Assembly (NCBI GenBank): GCA_964246845.1 | Contig: CAXTSB010000001.1 | Coordinates: 9,366-73,365, forward strand | Source: an uncultured Acidobacteriaceae bacterium | GTDB taxonomy: Bacteria; Acidobacteriota; Terriglobia; Terriglobales; Acidobacteriaceae | DNA: 64,000 nucleotides | Direction of reading: 5' to 3' | Part shown: piece by piece, positions 38,577 through 49,377 of the stretch | Layout of the letters: every line of letters begins with the position of its first letter | How positions within the stretch are numbered: the stretch's first letter is position 1 | Program-made: the position numbers and the translations under genes | Notes under the pieces: generated by a model | The model's input: only the letters and a program-made list of their open reading frames with translations | The model's database searches: none | What the model was told of the DNA's origin: nothing

Positions 38577-38981
38577 GTGCCTACATTCAGCCAGTTAGTT
38601 CGGAAAGGGCGCACCGCGCCGCGATATAAGACCGCCTCGCCGGCGCTGCAAGGCTCGCCGCAGCGGCGCGGCGTGTGCACGCGCGTATACACGCAGACCC
38701 CGAAAAAGCCGAACTCGGCGCTGCGCAAGGTCGCGCGCGTCCGGCTCACCAATGGGATTGAGGTCACGACCTATATTCCCGGCATTGGTCATAATCTCCA
38801 GGAGCACTCGATTGTGCTGATCCGCGGAGGCCGCGTGAAGGATCTCCCCGGGGTGCGCTACCACGTAGTGCGCGGCACGCTCGACTCAGTCGGGGTCGCC
38901 AATCGGAAGCAGTCGCGGTCGAAGTATGGGGCCAAGCGCGCCAAGGGCGGCGCGGCGGCGACCACGGGCAAGAAGAAGTAA
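38577..38981 (+). CDS. rpsL: 30S ribosomal protein S12
   Basis: [12 protein letters not shown]...[19 protein letters not shown] at 38577 with AAGGAG 9 nt upstream. Alternative ATG at 38553. Confidence 0.97.
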   Translation: MPTFSQLVRKGRTAPRYKTASPALQGSPQRRGVCTRVYTQTPKKPNSALRKVARVRLTNGIEVTTYIPGIGHNLQEHSIVLIRGGRVKDLPGVRYHVVRGTLDSVGVANRKQSRSKYGAKRAKGGAAATTGKKK

Positions 38982-39002
38982 GCAGGGACAAGGAACAGGA
39001 CC

Positions 39003-39473
39003 ATGCCGAGAAAAGGACATATCGCCAAGCGGGAAGTCGCGCCGGACCCGGTGTACGACTCAACCCTCGTAACCAAGTTCGTGAACTCGATGATGTGGGG
39101 CGGCAAGAAGTCGACCGCCCAGGGCATCTTCTACACCGCCATGACCAACCTGGAGCAGAAGGGCGGCGACGAGGCGCTCAAGCTGTTCAAGAAGGCGGTC
39201 GAGAACTGCAAGCCGATGCTGGAAGTCAAGAGCCGGCGCGTGGGCGGCGCGAACTACCAGGTGCCGATCGAAGTGAACCCGGAGCGCCGGACCTCGCTCG
39301 CCATCCGTTGGCTGGTGAGCTACGGCCGGGCCCGCGGCGAAAAGGGCATGGTCGACAAGCTGTCGAATGAGCTGCTGGACGCGGCGAACGGCCGCGGCGC
39401 GGCGATGAAGAAGAAGGAAGACGTCCACCGGATGGCCGAGGCCAACAAGGCATTCGCCCACTACCGCTGGTAA
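39003..39473 (+). CDS. rpsG: 30S ribosomal protein S7
   Basis: [18 protein letters not shown]... Confidence 0.98.
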   Translation: MPRKGHIAKREVAPDPVYDSTLVTKFVNSMMWGGKKSTAQGIFYTAMTNLEQKGGDEALKLFKKAVENCKPMLEVKSRRVGGANYQVPIEVNPERRTSLAIRWLVSYGRARGEKGMVDKLSNELLDAANGRGAAMKKKEDVHRMAEANKAFAHYRW

Positions 39474-39510
39474 ACGCTGTTCAACTGTTTGCATTAAAAG
39501 AGAGAAGCAC

Positions 39511-41592
39511 ATGCCACGCCAAGTACCGCTCAATCGTTGCCGGAACATCGGAATCATGGCGCACATCGACGCCGGGAAGACCACGACGACCGAGCGTATC
39601 CTGTTTTACACCGGCATCACCCACCGCATCGGCGAAGTGCACGAAGGCACCGCGACGATGGACTACATGGAGCAGGAGCAGGAGCGCGGCATCACCATCA
39701 CCTCCGCCGCGACCACCTGCACCTGGAACAACATCCGGATCAACATCATCGATACGCCCGGCCACGTGGACTTCACGGCCGAGGTGGAGCGGAGCTTGCG
39801 CGTGCTCGACGGCGCGGTCGCGCTGTTTGATTCCGTGTCGGGGGTGCAGCCGCAGTCTGAAACCGTGTGGCGTCAGGGCGATAAGTACAAGGTCCCGCGC
39901 ATCTGCTTCGTGAATAAGATGGACAAGGCCGGGGCGGACTTTGAGTACGTCATCGACACCATCCGCAAGCGGCTCGGGGCCAAGCCGGTCGCGATCCAGA
40001 TTCCGATCGGGGCGGAATCCAAATTCGCGGGCGTGATCGACCTGGTCGAGATGCGTGCCATCGTTTGGCACGACGAAACGATGGGCGCGAAGTACTCAAT
40101 CGAGGAAATTCCGGCGGACCTCCAGAAGAAGGCCGAAGCTTTCCGGATGCAGCTGATCGAGTCGGTCGCCGAACATGACGACACCATGCTGGCTCAGTTC
40201 CTCGAGGGCGAAATCCCGACCGCGCCCGAGCTGAAGGCCGGCCTGCGGAAGGCGACGATCGGAATGCACGTATTCCCAGTCATGTGCGGCTCGTCTTTCA
40301 AGAACAAGGGCGTACAAACGCTGCTGGACGCGGTGGTCGATTACCTACCGAGTCCGCTGGATCTGCCGTCGGTCGAGGGCATCGACCCGAACGACCCCTC
40401 GCACACCTTGGTGCGCGAGACTACGGATGCCGCGCCCCTTGCGGCGCTTGCGTTCAAGCTGATCAACGACCCGTTCGGCAAGCTCGGGTTCATCCGGGTG
40501 TACTCGGGCGGCTTGAAGACCGGCGACACGATCCTGAACCCGCGCACGGGCAAGACCGAGCGTGTGGGCCGCCTTGTGAAGATGCACGCGAACAAGCGTG
40601 AGGACATCACGGAAATCTACGCGGGCGACATCTGCGCGTGCGTGGGCCTGAAGGACATTAAGACCGGCGACACCTTGTCCGCGCCGACGGCTCCGATCGC
40701 GCTCGGTGCGATCGACTTTCCGGAAACGGTGATTTCGGTCGCGATCGAGCCGAAGACCAAGGCGGATCAGGAAAAAATGGGCGTCGCGCTCGCGAGGCTG
40801 GCCGACGAGGACCCGACGTTCAAGGTGCGGACTGACCATGAATCCGGGCAGACCATCATCTCCGGCATGGGCGAGCTTCACCTCGAAATCCTGGTCGACC
40901 GCATGAAGCGCGAGCACAAGGTCGAGGCGAATGTAGGCGAGCCGCGTGTGGCCTTCCGTGAGACGATCCGCAAGACCGCCGAGGCCGAGGGCAAGTACAT
41001 CCGGCAGACCGGCGGCTCGGGCAACTACGGGCACGTCAAAATTCGGCTGGAGCCGAACGAGCCGGGCCTCGGCTTCGAGTTTGTCGACGCGATCAAGGGC
41101 GGCGTGGTGCCGAAGGAATACATCAAGCCGACCGAGCAGGGCATCCGCGAGGCGCTCACGGGCGGCGTACTGGCCGGCTACGAGATGGTGGACTTCAAGG
41201 CCGTGCTTTATGACGGCAGCTACCATGACGTCGACTCGAACGAAATGGCGTTCAAGATCGCCGGGTCCATGGCGTTTAAGGAAGCGGCGCGGAAAGCCTC
41301 GCCGGTGTTGCTCGAGCCGATGATGGCCGTCGAGGTGACGGTGCCCGAGGAGCACATGGGCACCATTATCGGCGACATCAACTCCCGCCGGGGCCGCATC
41401 GAGGGCATGGAGCATGTCGGCGGCTCGCAGGTGGTCAAGGCGATGGTGCCGCTCAAGGAGATGTTCGGGTACGTGAACGACATCCGGTCGTCCACGCAGG
41501 GCCGGGCCAGCTACTCGATGCAGTTCGCGCGCTACGAGGAAGCGCCCCGGATGATCTCGGAAGAGATCATCGGGCGCAACCAGGGCAAGTAA
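39511..41592 (+). CDS. fusA: Elongation factor G
   Basis: [20 protein letters not shown] and DTPGHVDF. Confidence 0.98.
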   Translation: MPRQVPLNRCRNIGIMAHIDAGKTTTTERILFYTGITHRIGEVHEGTATMDYMEQEQERGITITSAATTCTWNNIRINIIDTPGHVDFTAEVERSLRVLDGAVALFDSVSGVQPQSETVWRQGDKYKVPRICFVNKMDKAGADFEYVIDTIRKRLGAKPVAIQIPIGAESKFAGVIDLVEMRAIVWHDETMGAKYSIEEIPADLQKKAEAFRMQLIESVAEHDDTMLAQFLEGEIPTAPELKAGLRKATIGMHVFPVMCGSSFKNKGVQTLLDAVVDYLPSPLDLPSVEGIDPNDPSHTLVRETTDAAPLAALAFKLINDPFGKLGFIRVYSGGLKTGDTILNPRTGKTERVGRLVKMHANKREDITEIYAGDICACVGLKDIKTGDTLSAPTAPIALGAIDFPETVISVAIEPKTKADQEKMGVALARLADEDPTFKVRTDHESGQTIISGMGELHLEILVDRMKREHKVEANVGEPRVAFRETIRKTAEAEGKYIRQTGGSGNYGHVKIRLEPNEPGLGFEFVDAIKGGVVPKEYIKPTEQGIREALTGGVLAGYEMVDFKAVLYDGSYHDVDSNEMAFKIAGSMAFKEAARKASPVLLEPMMAVEVTVPEEHMGTIIGDINSRRGRIEGMEHVGGSQVVKAMVPLKEMFGYVNDIRSSTQGRASYSMQFARYEEAPRMISEEIIGRNQGK

Positions 41593-41631
41593 AGTTCAGC
41601 AGCAAAGCTTTCTGAGGAGACGAGGAGAATC

Positions 41632-42819
41632 ATGGGCAAGGAAAAGTTTGACCGCTCGAAGCCGCACGTCAATGTGGGGACGATCGGGCACATCGACCAC
41701 GGCAAGACGACGTTGACGGCCGCGATCACGAAGGTGCTGAGCAAGCACAACCCGAACAACAAGTTCCGGTCCTTTGATACGATCGACAACGCCCCCGAAG
41801 AGCGGGAGCGCGGCATCACGATCGCGACCGCGCACGTGGAATACGAGACCAAGAACCGGCACTACGCGCACGTTGACTGCCCGGGCCACGCCGACTACAT
41901 CAAGAACATGATCACCGGCGCGGCGCAGATGGACGGCGGCATCCTGGTGGTGGCGGCCACCGACGGCCCGATGCCCCAGACCAAGGAGCACGTGCTCCTG
42001 GCGCGTCAGGTCGGCGTACCGTACCTGGTGGTGTTCCTGAACAAGTGCGACGCGGTCGATGACGGCGAGCTGATCGATCTGGTCGAGATGGAAGTGCGCG
42101 AGCTCCTGTCCAAGTACGACTTCCCGGGCGACGATGTGCCGGTGATCCGCGGCTCCGCGCTCGGCGGCTTGAACGGCGAGGCGCAGTGGGAAGCCAAGAT
42201 CGACGAGTTGATGCAGGCAGTCGACGACAGCGTGCCCTTGCCGGCGCGCGCGATCGATCAGCCGTTCTTGATGCCGATTGAGGATATCTTCTCGATTTCG
42301 GGCCGCGGCACGGTCGTCACGGGCCGCATCGAACGCGGCAAGGTCAAGGTGGGCGAGGAAGCTGAGATCGTCGGGTTCCGCGACACGCGCAAGACCGTCG
42401 TCACCGGTGTCGAAATGTTCAAGAAGCAGTTGGATGAAGGCATGGCGGGCGACAACGCCGGTCTGCTGCTGCGCGGCGTGGCCAAGGAAGATGTGGAGCG
42501 CGGCATGGTGCTGGCGAAGCCGGGCTCGATCAAGCCGCACACCAAATTCAAGGGCGAGATTTACGTCCTGTCAAAGGAAGAAGGCGGGCGGCACACGCCG
42601 TTCTTCAATGGCTACCGGCCGCAGTTCTACTTCCGCACCACCGACGTGACCGGCACGGCGAAGCTGCCGGAAGGCACGGAGATGGTGATGCCGGGCGACA
42701 ACATCCAGCTTGAGATCGAGCTGCACACGCCGGTGGCGATGGAAAAGGGTCTGCGGTTCGCGATCCGCGAGGGCGGCCGCACCGTCGGCGCGGGCACGAT
42801 CTCGGAAATACTCGCCTAG
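41632..42819 (+). CDS. tuf: Elongation factor Tu
   Basis: [26 protein letters not shown] and NKCD. Confidence 0.99.
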   Translation: MGKEKFDRSKPHVNVGTIGHIDHGKTTLTAAITKVLSKHNPNNKFRSFDTIDNAPEERERGITIATAHVEYETKNRHYAHVDCPGHADYIKNMITGAAQMDGGILVVAATDGPMPQTKEHVLLARQVGVPYLVVFLNKCDAVDDGELIDLVEMEVRELLSKYDFPGDDVPVIRGSALGGLNGEAQWEAKIDELMQAVDDSVPLPARAIDQPFLMPIEDIFSISGRGTVVTGRIERGKVKVGEEAEIVGFRDTRKTVVTGVEMFKKQLDEGMAGDNAGLLLRGVAKEDVERGMVLAKPGSIKPHTKFKGEIYVLSKEEGGRHTPFFNGYRPQFYFRTTDVTGTAKLPEGTEMVMPGDNIQLEIELHTPVAMEKGLRFAIREGGRTVGAGTISEILA

Positions 42820-42831
42820 CTTGTACCTATG

Positions 42832-42860
42832 CGGCGGAGGTTTTCAAAGCGCCTCCGCCG
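42832..42860 (+). terminator. Hairpin downstream of tuf (partial terminator/attenuator candidate)
   Basis: 9-bp stem CGGCGGAGG/CCTCCGCCG with an 11-nt loop and no clean U-run. Confidence 0.45.
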
Positions 42861-42928
42861 ACATTCCGCTCTTTGCGTGCGAACGTTCGAACGGCTTCCG
42901 GCTGTTCTGAAGAAAGATTGGCTTTGCG

Positions 42929-43246
42929 ATGGTAGGGCAGCGAATCCGCATCCGGTTGAAGGCATATGACTACCGGGTGCTTGATACATCCACGGGCGAG
43001 ATCGTCGATACGGCCAAGCGCACGGGCGCGCAGGTAGCCGGGCCGATCCCCTTGCCCACGGTCAAGAACAAATATTGCGTGCTGCGTTCGCCGCACGTGG
43101 ACAAAAAATCGCGTGAAGCGTTTGAGATCCGCACGCACAAGCGGCTGATCGACATACTCGAACCGACGCAGCAGACAGTGGACGCGCTGATGAAGCTCGA
43201 CCTGCCCGCGGGCGTGGACGTCGAGATCAAGGCTTTCGAGAAGTAG
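42929..43246 (+). CDS. rpsJ: 30S ribosomal protein S10
   Basis: [11 protein letters not shown]... Confidence 0.98.
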   Translation: MVGQRIRIRLKAYDYRVLDTSTGEIVDTAKRTGAQVAGPIPLPTVKNKYCVLRSPHVDKKSREAFEIRTHKRLIDILEPTQQTVDALMKLDLPAGVDVEIKAFEK

Positions 43247-43298
43247 TGCCGGCAGTGCGTTCCGCCTGTAAGGCGGCGCATGATGAGGAAGGGAAATA

Positions 43299-44042
43299 AT
43301 GGCGGTAACAGGCATTCTGGGTAAAAAGATCGGCATGACGCAGGTGTTCGACGAGAAGGGTGAAGTTCACCCGATCACCGTCCTGCAAGCCGGGCCGTGC
43401 GTGGTGACGCAGCTGAAGACGATGGCGAAGGACGGTTACGAGGCCGCGCAGATCGGGCTCGTCGAGTTCGTTAAGGCGTCCAAGCTGACCAAGCCGCAGC
43501 AGGGCCATTTCGCCAAGCACAGCGTCGCGCCGGTGCGGCTCATCAAGGAAGTCGGGCTCGAAGTCGCGAAGCCGACCGCGGACGGCGAAGCGCCGGAGGC
43601 GGGCGTGAAGGCGGGTGACCGGGTGCTGGTCGACATCTTCTCGGACGAGAAGTTTGTCGATGTGGTCGGGACGAGCAAGGGCCGGGGTTTCTCGGGCGTG
43701 GTGCGCCGGCACAACTTCGGCGGCGGCCCTAAGTCGCACGGCCATATGTTTCAGGTGCAAGGCTCGATCGGCGCGTCCAGTTTCCCGTCGCGGGTGTTTC
43801 CGGGTCAGCGTATGCCGGGCCATTACGGCACGGACCGCACGACCGTGCGCAACCTGCGTATCCGCGGCATTGACCTCGAAGAGAACCTCATCATGGTCGA
43901 GGGCGCAGTGCCGGGCCATAAGGATGCGACGGTGCTGATCACCAAGCCCAAGGCTCCGCCCCGCGAGCGCCGCGGTTTCGCCGGTTCGTCCACGGTCGAC
44001 CCGCTGAAGGCGTCCAAGAAGGCCTCCTCCAAAAAGAAGTAG
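43299..44042 (+). CDS. rplC: 50S ribosomal protein L3
   Basis: [13 protein letters not shown]... Confidence 0.98.
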   Translation: MAVTGILGKKIGMTQVFDEKGEVHPITVLQAGPCVVTQLKTMAKDGYEAAQIGLVEFVKASKLTKPQQGHFAKHSVAPVRLIKEVGLEVAKPTADGEAPEAGVKAGDRVLVDIFSDEKFVDVVGTSKGRGFSGVVRRHNFGGGPKSHGHMFQVQGSIGASSFPSRVFPGQRMPGHYGTDRTTVRNLRIRGIDLEENLIMVEGAVPGHKDATVLITKPKAPPRERRGFAGSSTVDPLKASKKASSKKK

Positions 44043-44083
44043 TCCGGCATCGCATATGCGCTTGACGCGCGAGAAAGATAGAA

Positions 44084-44767
44084 ATGGCAACGATCGATGT
44101 ACATAACCTGAAAGGCGAGACGGTCGGTCGGTTTGAGTTGGCCGATGAGGTGTTCGCGCCGGATTCAGTGAACGAAGGCCTGGTCTGGGAGGCGGTCAAG
44201 CACTTCCGCGCCGCCCTGCGCCAAGGTACGGCCGCGACCAAGAACCGCAAGCTGGTGTCGGGCTCGGGCAAGAAGCTGTGGAAGCAAAAAGGGACGGGGC
44301 GGGCCCGCGTGGGTTCTGTGCGGTCTCCGCTGTGGCGCCATGGCGGCACGGTCCACGGGCCGCAGCCCCGCTCCTATGATTACGCGTTCCCGCGCAAGAA
44401 GGTGATCGGTGCGCTGCGTTCGGCGCTCGCGGCCAAGCACGCGGAAGGCAAGCTGACCGTAGTGGATTCGCTCGTGCTGGAGCAGCCGAAAACCAAGCTG
44501 TACCGCCAAGCGCTCGACACGCTCGATGCGAAGCGGACGGTGCTTCTGGTCGAGTCGGCGAACGAGCTCGTGCCGAATACGATCCTGGGAGCGCGCAACC
44601 TTGACCGGGTGGAGCTGCTCCTGTCGACCGAGGTGCACGCCTATGACGTGTTGAAACATGATCGGGCGGTGTTTTCCCGCTCCGCGCTCGAAACCTTGCA
44701 GGAATCGCTGAAAAAGACAGTTTCCAAGCGCCGGAAGATCACGGCGGAAAGGGTAAAGGCGAGCTGA
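44084..44767 (+). CDS. rplD: 50S ribosomal protein L4
   Basis: Conserved L4 sequence (KQKGTGRARVGS) and S10-operon position. Confidence 0.97.
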   Translation: MATIDVHNLKGETVGRFELADEVFAPDSVNEGLVWEAVKHFRAALRQGTAATKNRKLVSGSGKKLWKQKGTGRARVGSVRSPLWRHGGTVHGPQPRSYDYAFPRKKVIGALRSALAAKHAEGKLTVVDSLVLEQPKTKLYRQALDTLDAKRTVLLVESANELVPNTILGARNLDRVELLLSTEVHAYDVLKHDRAVFSRSALETLQESLKKTVSKRRKITAERVKAS

Positions 44768-45060
44768 TGCCGACTTTATACACAACCATCCGGCGGCCTG
44801 TAATCACGGAAAAGGGTTTGCAGGTGAAAGAAGCCGAATCCACCCTGGTGTTCGAAGTGGCGCACGAGGCGACCAAGACCGAGGTCAAGCAGGCGGTCGA
44901 GGTGCTGTTCAAGGTCAAAGTCGCGGCGGTCCGCACGGCGAACTACCTGGGCAAGGAGCGCCGCCGGGGTAAGTTCTCCGGCTACCGTCCTGACTGGAAA
45001 AAAGCCTACGTGAAGCTGCTGCCGGGCGAAAAGATGCCGGAGTACCTGGACGCTGTTTAA
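44767..45060 (+). CDS. rplW: 50S ribosomal protein L23
   Basis: IRRPVITEK... and operon position. Confidence 0.97.
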   Translation: MPTLYTTIRRPVITEKGLQVKEAESTLVFEVAHEATKTEVKQAVEVLFKVKVAAVRTANYLGKERRRGKFSGYRPDWKKAYVKLLPGEKMPEYLDAV

Positions 45061-45078
45061 GCGCTGAGGATTAGGAAT

Positions 45079-45903
45079 ATGCCGATCAAAACATACCGTC
45101 CGCTGACCCCGACGCTGCGCTTCAAGACGACGCTGGTCAACGACGACATTACGACCGACAAGCCGTACAAGCCCCTGACCGCGGTCAAGCAGCGCACCGG
45201 CGGCCGCCGCAACGCGGGCGACCTGACGATGCGCCACCAAGGCGGCGGCCACAAAAAGATGCTGCGCTTGATCGACTTCAAGCGCGACAAGGCGGGCATC
45301 CCCGGCAAGGTCGCGACTATCGAGTACGACCCGAACCGCTCGAGCCGGATTGCCCTCATCAGCTACGCCGACGGAGAAAAGCGGTATATCATCCAGCCGG
45401 TCGGGCTTAAGGTCGGGCAAACCATCATGAGCGGGCCGGAAGCGGACATCCTGGTCGGCAATGCGCTGCCGCTTCAAAACATTCCGGCGGGCACCACGGT
45501 CCACAACGTCGAGCTGCGTCCCGGCAAGGGCGCGCAGATGGTGCGCTCGGCGGGCGCATCCGCGCAGCTGGTCGCCAAGGAAGGCGAGTATGCGCTCTTG
45601 AAGCTGCCTTCGGGCGAGACCCGGCGGGTGCTGACCGCGTGCATGGCGACGATCGGGCAGGTCGGGAACACGGACCACGAGAACGTGACGATCGGCAAGG
45701 CGGGGCGCAACCGTTGGAAGGGCATCCGCCCGGCGAACCGCGGCGTGTCGATGAACCCGGTCGACCATCCGCACGGCGGCGGCGAGGGCAAAACCTCGGG
45801 CGGCCGGCATCCGGTCACCCCGTGGGGGCAGCCGACCCGCGGCTTCAAGACGCGGAACAACAAGCGGACGGATGTATTCATCGTGAACCGCCGCAAGAAG
45901 TGA
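45079..45903 (+). CDS. rplB: 50S ribosomal protein L2
   Basis: [15 protein letters not shown]...[12 protein letters not shown]. Confidence 0.99.
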   Translation: MPIKTYRPLTPTLRFKTTLVNDDITTDKPYKPLTAVKQRTGGRRNAGDLTMRHQGGGHKKMLRLIDFKRDKAGIPGKVATIEYDPNRSSRIALISYADGEKRYIIQPVGLKVGQTIMSGPEADILVGNALPLQNIPAGTTVHNVELRPGKGAQMVRSAGASAQLVAKEGEYALLKLPSGETRRVLTACMATIGQVGNTDHENVTIGKAGRNRWKGIRPANRGVSMNPVDHPHGGGEGKTSGGRHPVTPWGQPTRGFKTRNNKRTDVFIVNRRKK

Positions 45904-46002
45904 TCCTGGCCGGCTCGGGCGATGCTTCATGTGGTACGCGCCTCTGTCGCTGATCTGGATTGTGAGTACGGAAACGGCGCGGGGCGCCGGTGGGGGAACA
46001 GG

Positions 46003-46290
46003 ATGGCACGCAGCACGAAGAAAGGCCCGTTCATCGACGCGCACCTGATGGTCAAGGTGGAAGCGATGAACCAGGCCAATGATAAGAAGGTGATCAAGAC
46101 CTGGTCGCGCCGGTCGACGATCTTTCCCGAGTTCGTCGGGCACACAATCGCCGTGCACAACGGGAAAAAGTTTATCCCGGTGTATGTGACGGAAAACATG
46201 GTGGGGCACAAGCTGGGCGAGTTCTCAGCCACCCGGACCTTCAAGGGCCACACCGCGAAATCGAATGAGGCCGCCGCGAAGGCGCGCTGA
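46003..46290 (+). CDS. rpsS: 30S ribosomal protein S19
   Basis: [12 protein letters not shown]...HNGKKFIPV. The upstream in-frame extension in the track is not supported. Confidence 0.97.
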   Translation: MARSTKKGPFIDAHLMVKVEAMNQANDKKVIKTWSRRSTIFPEFVGHTIAVHNGKKFIPVYVTENMVGHKLGEFSATRTFKGHTAKSNEAAAKAR

Positions 46291-46303
46291 CCAGGAGTTG
46301 CCG

Positions 46304-46804
46304 ATGCAGTTCAGCACACAAGAGTTCCGGGCCGAAGCGCGCTTTCAGCGGGTGAGCCCCCAAAAAGCGCGGCTGGTGCTCGACTTGATCAAGGGTCTGC
46401 CCGTGGAGCAGGCGCTCAATACGGTCATGTTCACTAAGAAAGGCGTTGCGCCGCTGGTTGAAAAGGTGCTGCGCTCGGCTTTGCAAAACGCCAATCATTT
46501 GAGCGACGAACGCGGGCTGGACTTGGACGTCGATCAGCTGTATGTCAAGTCGGCCGTGGCCGACGACGGGCCGCGCATGAAGCGGATCCGCCCCGCGCCG
46601 ATGGGTCGGGCGTTCCGCTACCAGCGCAGGATGGCGCACATCCGCATCGCGGTCGCCGAGCTGGGGGAGAACGCGGGCGTGGGCGGCGGGGAGCCGGGCG
46701 AGGAAAAGCGGGTGCGCGGCGGCAAGAGTTCTGCGGGCAAGCCTGCCCGCACGGTCGGCGTGACAGACACAAAATCAGGCAAGCGCAAGGCCGTGAAAGC
46801 ATAG
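46304..46804 (+). CDS. rplV: 50S ribosomal protein L22 (with Gly/Lys-rich C-terminal extension)
   Basis: ARFQRVSPQKARLVLDLIKG... Confidence 0.96.
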   Translation: MQFSTQEFRAEARFQRVSPQKARLVLDLIKGLPVEQALNTVMFTKKGVAPLVEKVLRSALQNANHLSDERGLDLDVDQLYVKSAVADDGPRMKRIRPAPMGRAFRYQRRMAHIRIAVAELGENAGVGGGEPGEEKRVRGGKSSAGKPARTVGVTDTKSGKRKAVKA

Positions 46805-46836
46805 CGCCGACGGCGTAAAGGGAAGCAGAGGAAACG

Positions 46837-47511
46837 ATGGGTCAAAAAGTTCATCCGTATGGGTTCCGCCTGGGCGTGAACAAACCTTGGCGCTCGCGTT
46901 GGTTCGTGGAGCGCGACTACGCGAAGCTGCTGGTCGAGGACGTACACCTGAAGCGCGAGCTCAAGGAAAAGCTCAAGGCGGCGGGCGTGAGCTCGGTCGA
47001 AATCGAGCGGCCCGGCAACAAGCTGCGGCTCATCATCCGCACCGCGCGTCCGGGCATCATCATCGGGCGCAAGGGCGCGGAAATCGACAAGCTCAAGGCT
47101 GAGCTCGCCAAGCGTACCAACCGGGATGTATTTATCGACATTCTGGAGGTGAACAAGCCGGAGCTTGACGCGCAGTTGGTGGCTGAGTCGATCGCGCTGC
47201 AACTGGAAAAGCGGGTAGGCTTCCGGCGCGCGATGCGCAAGGCCGTCGATTCGGCCCTGCGGTTCGGCTGCAAGGGCATCAAGGTGCGCGTGTCGGGCCG
47301 CTTGAACGGCAACGAGATTGCACGGTCGGAATGGTACCTGCAAGGCCGCCTGCCGCTCCACACCTTGCGTGCCGACATCGATTACGGCTTCGCCGAGGCG
47401 CACACCACCTATGGGATTATCGGGGTGAAGACCTGGGTGTACCGCGGCGACATCTACCAGCAGCGGCGCGGAGCGCAGCAGGGAGCCGGGGCCGGCCAGC
47501 CGGTATTCTAG
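46837..47511 (+). CDS. rpsC: 30S ribosomal protein S3
   Basis: [13 protein letters not shown]... Confidence 0.99.
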   Translation: MGQKVHPYGFRLGVNKPWRSRWFVERDYAKLLVEDVHLKRELKEKLKAAGVSSVEIERPGNKLRLIIRTARPGIIIGRKGAEIDKLKAELAKRTNRDVFIDILEVNKPELDAQLVAESIALQLEKRVGFRRAMRKAVDSALRFGCKGIKVRVSGRLNGNEIARSEWYLQGRLPLHTLRADIDYGFAEAHTTYGIIGVKTWVYRGDIYQQRRGAQQGAGAGQPVF

Positions 47512-47535
47512 GAGCGCGACTCGCAGGGAGAAGCC

Positions 47536-47769
47536 ATGGTCGGCCAGAACGGAAAAGGTGATCTGGCGACGAAGGCGGATATCGTTGCTTCTGAGGAACG
47601 AACTGCGGAACGTATCGAGGACATGGAAACCAAGCTCTTCAAGGAGTTCCGCAAATGGGCTATCAGCTTCGAGTCCCGTTTCAAAGCCAACGAGGCGTTG
47701 GTGGTCGGCTTTAGCGAGCGCATGACAAACCTGGAAGAGCGCGTCGGCGATCTCGAACGCAAAGAGTAA
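47536..47769 (+). CDS. Hypothetical 77-aa coiled-coil protein inserted between rpsC and rplP
   Basis: ATG at 47536 preceded by GGGAGAAG. Charged heptad-like sequence ([30 protein letters not shown]...[13 protein letters not shown]). Visibly lower GC than neighbours. Fills the rpsC-rplP gap (24-nt and 21-nt spacers). Confidence 0.6.
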   Translation: MVGQNGKGDLATKADIVASEERTAERIEDMETKLFKEFRKWAISFESRFKANEALVVGFSERMTNLEERVGDLERKE

Positions 47770-47790
47770 AGATAGAAAAGGAATTCAGCC

Positions 47791-48225
47791 ATGTTGATGC
47801 CGAAACGAGTCAAATACCGCAAGCAGCAGCGCGGCCGCATGAAAGGCAAGGCTTGGCGCGGCGCCGAGCTCGCTTTCGGTGAGTACGGCCTGAAGGCGAT
47901 GGAGTGCGGCTATATCACCGACCGTCAAATCGAGGCGAGCCGCATCGCGATGACCCGGTTCATTAAGCGCGGCGGCAAGATCTGGCTGCGGCTGTTTCCC
48001 GATAAGCCGATCACCAAGAAGCCGGCGGAAACCCGTATGGGCAAGGGCAAGGGCGCGCCGGACCACTGGTCGGCCGTGATTCGCCCGGGCAAGATGCTGT
48101 TTGAGATGGAAGGGGTTGCGCCGGATGTCGCCGAGGAAGCCATGCGCCTTGCGGCTAACAAGCTTCCGCTCAAAGTGCGTTTTGTGCAGCGCCACGATGT
48201 GAAGGCGGCGGCGCCGGCGAAGTAA
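47791..48225 (+). CDS. rplP: 50S ribosomal protein L16
   Basis: [15 protein letters not shown]... Confidence 0.99.
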   Translation: MLMPKRVKYRKQQRGRMKGKAWRGAELAFGEYGLKAMECGYITDRQIEASRIAMTRFIKRGGKIWLRLFPDKPITKKPAETRMGKGKGAPDHWSAVIRPGKMLFEMEGVAPDVAEEAMRLAANKLPLKVRFVQRHDVKAAAPAK

Positions 48226-48375
48226 TCCGGCGCTGCCGTGGAAAATACTGTAGACTAATGGAATTGCGCCGCGAGGCGCTCGCCCGGAGGCTGGAGGGCG
48301 AGGTGAACGGGAGACCCTGATTCCCAGCCGCTCGTGCGGCTCCGGCATCCGGCGTCCCGGGATGGGATCTGAGGA

Positions 48376-48636
48376 ATGGAAGTCAGTCAGGTACGTGAGC
48401 TCGGCCCCGCCGAGCTCCGGGAAGAAGCGCGGAAAGCGGCCGAGCAGCTGTTTCGGATCCGCTTCAACATCAAGCTTGGACAAACCGAAGGCGTAAAGCG
48501 GGTTCGGTCGCTGCGCAAGGACATCGCGCGGCTGAAAACGATCGAGCGCGAACGCACGCTGGGCATCCGGGGCGCGTCCGCGGCGGACGGCGGCGCACCG
48601 CAAAAAAGGCGCAAGCGCGCCGGGGAAGCGAGCTAG
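48376..48636 (+). CDS. rpmC: 50S ribosomal protein L29
   Basis: ELREEARKAAEQLFRIRFN...VRSLRKDIARLKT. Confidence 0.95.
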   Translation: MEVSQVRELGPAELREEARKAAEQLFRIRFNIKLGQTEGVKRVRSLRKDIARLKTIERERTLGIRGASAADGGAPQKRRKRAGEAS

Positions 48637-48639
48637 GGC

Positions 48640-48972
48640 ATGGCGGAAGGCTTGGAAACGCAGGTAGGGGAAGCAGCGCCGACATCGCGCCGCAATGAGA
48701 AGGTCGGCGCGGTGGTTTCGACCAAGATGGCCAAAACCATCGTGGTCAAAGTCGAGATGGCCAAAGCGCACCCGAAATACAAGCGGGTCGTGCGGCGGAG
48801 CAAGAAGTTTTACGCGCACGATGAAACGGGCGCGGCGCATGTGGGCGACGTCGTGCGGATCCGGGAGTGCCGGCCGTTGTCGAAGCTGAAGCGGTGGCAG
48901 CTGGAAGAGGTAGTCCGGCGCTCGGCGCTCGCGGGCATCGAGGAAGCGCAGCCGGCAGCGGCGGGAGCATAG
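48640..48972 (+). CDS. rpsQ: 30S ribosomal protein S17
   Basis: [19 protein letters not shown]...HPKYKRV. Confidence 0.97.
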   Translation: MAEGLETQVGEAAPTSRRNEKVGAVVSTKMAKTIVVKVEMAKAHPKYKRVVRRSKKFYAHDETGAAHVGDVVRIRECRPLSKLKRWQLEEVVRRSALAGIEEAQPAAAGA

Positions 48973-48981
48973 GAGCAGGCG

Positions 48982-49353
48982 ATGGCAGTGCAGATGAGAA
49001 CGATGCTTGAGGTGGCCGACAACTCCGGCGCCCGCAAGCTCCAGGTGATTCTTCCGCTCGGCGGCGGCGTGGGCAAGATCGCTTCGCTCGGCGACGTGGT
49101 GACGGCGGCGGTCAAGGAAAGCTCGCCCGACGGCCAAGTGAAAAAAGGCAAGGTGGTCAAGGCGGTGGTGGTGCGGACGCGCAAGGAGGTTCGGCGCAAG
49201 GACGGCACCTATATCCGGTTTGATTCCAATGCCGGCGTGTTGATCAACGAGGCGGGCGAGCCGGTCGGGACGCGCGTGTTCGGGCCGGTTGCGCGCGAGC
49301 TGCGGGATAAGAAGTTTCTAAAAATCGTTTCGCTCGCGCCGGAAGTGATCTAG
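48982..49353 (+). CDS. rplN: 50S ribosomal protein L14
   Basis: [19 protein letters not shown]... Confidence 0.99.
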   Translation: MAVQMRTMLEVADNSGARKLQVILPLGGGVGKIASLGDVVTAAVKESSPDGQVKKGKVVKAVVVRTRKEVRRKDGTYIRFDSNAGVLINEAGEPVGTRVFGPVARELRDKKFLKIVSLAPEVI

Positions 49354-49377
49354 CAGCGAGTTGGGAAAGGTACAGCA

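Noticed and set aside
44776-46209. 477-aa minus-strand ORF across rplW-rplB-rpsS, and the 450-aa ORF at 47785-49137
   Set aside because: Both are antisense to several conserved ribosomal protein genes at once and show no protein-like features.
48258-48320. 20-codon mini-ORF MELRREALARRLEGEVNGRP in the rplP-rpmC spacer
   Set aside because: No RBS precedes it, it is very short, and the sequence is better explained as GC-rich hairpins. It is kept only as part of the long-spacer observation.
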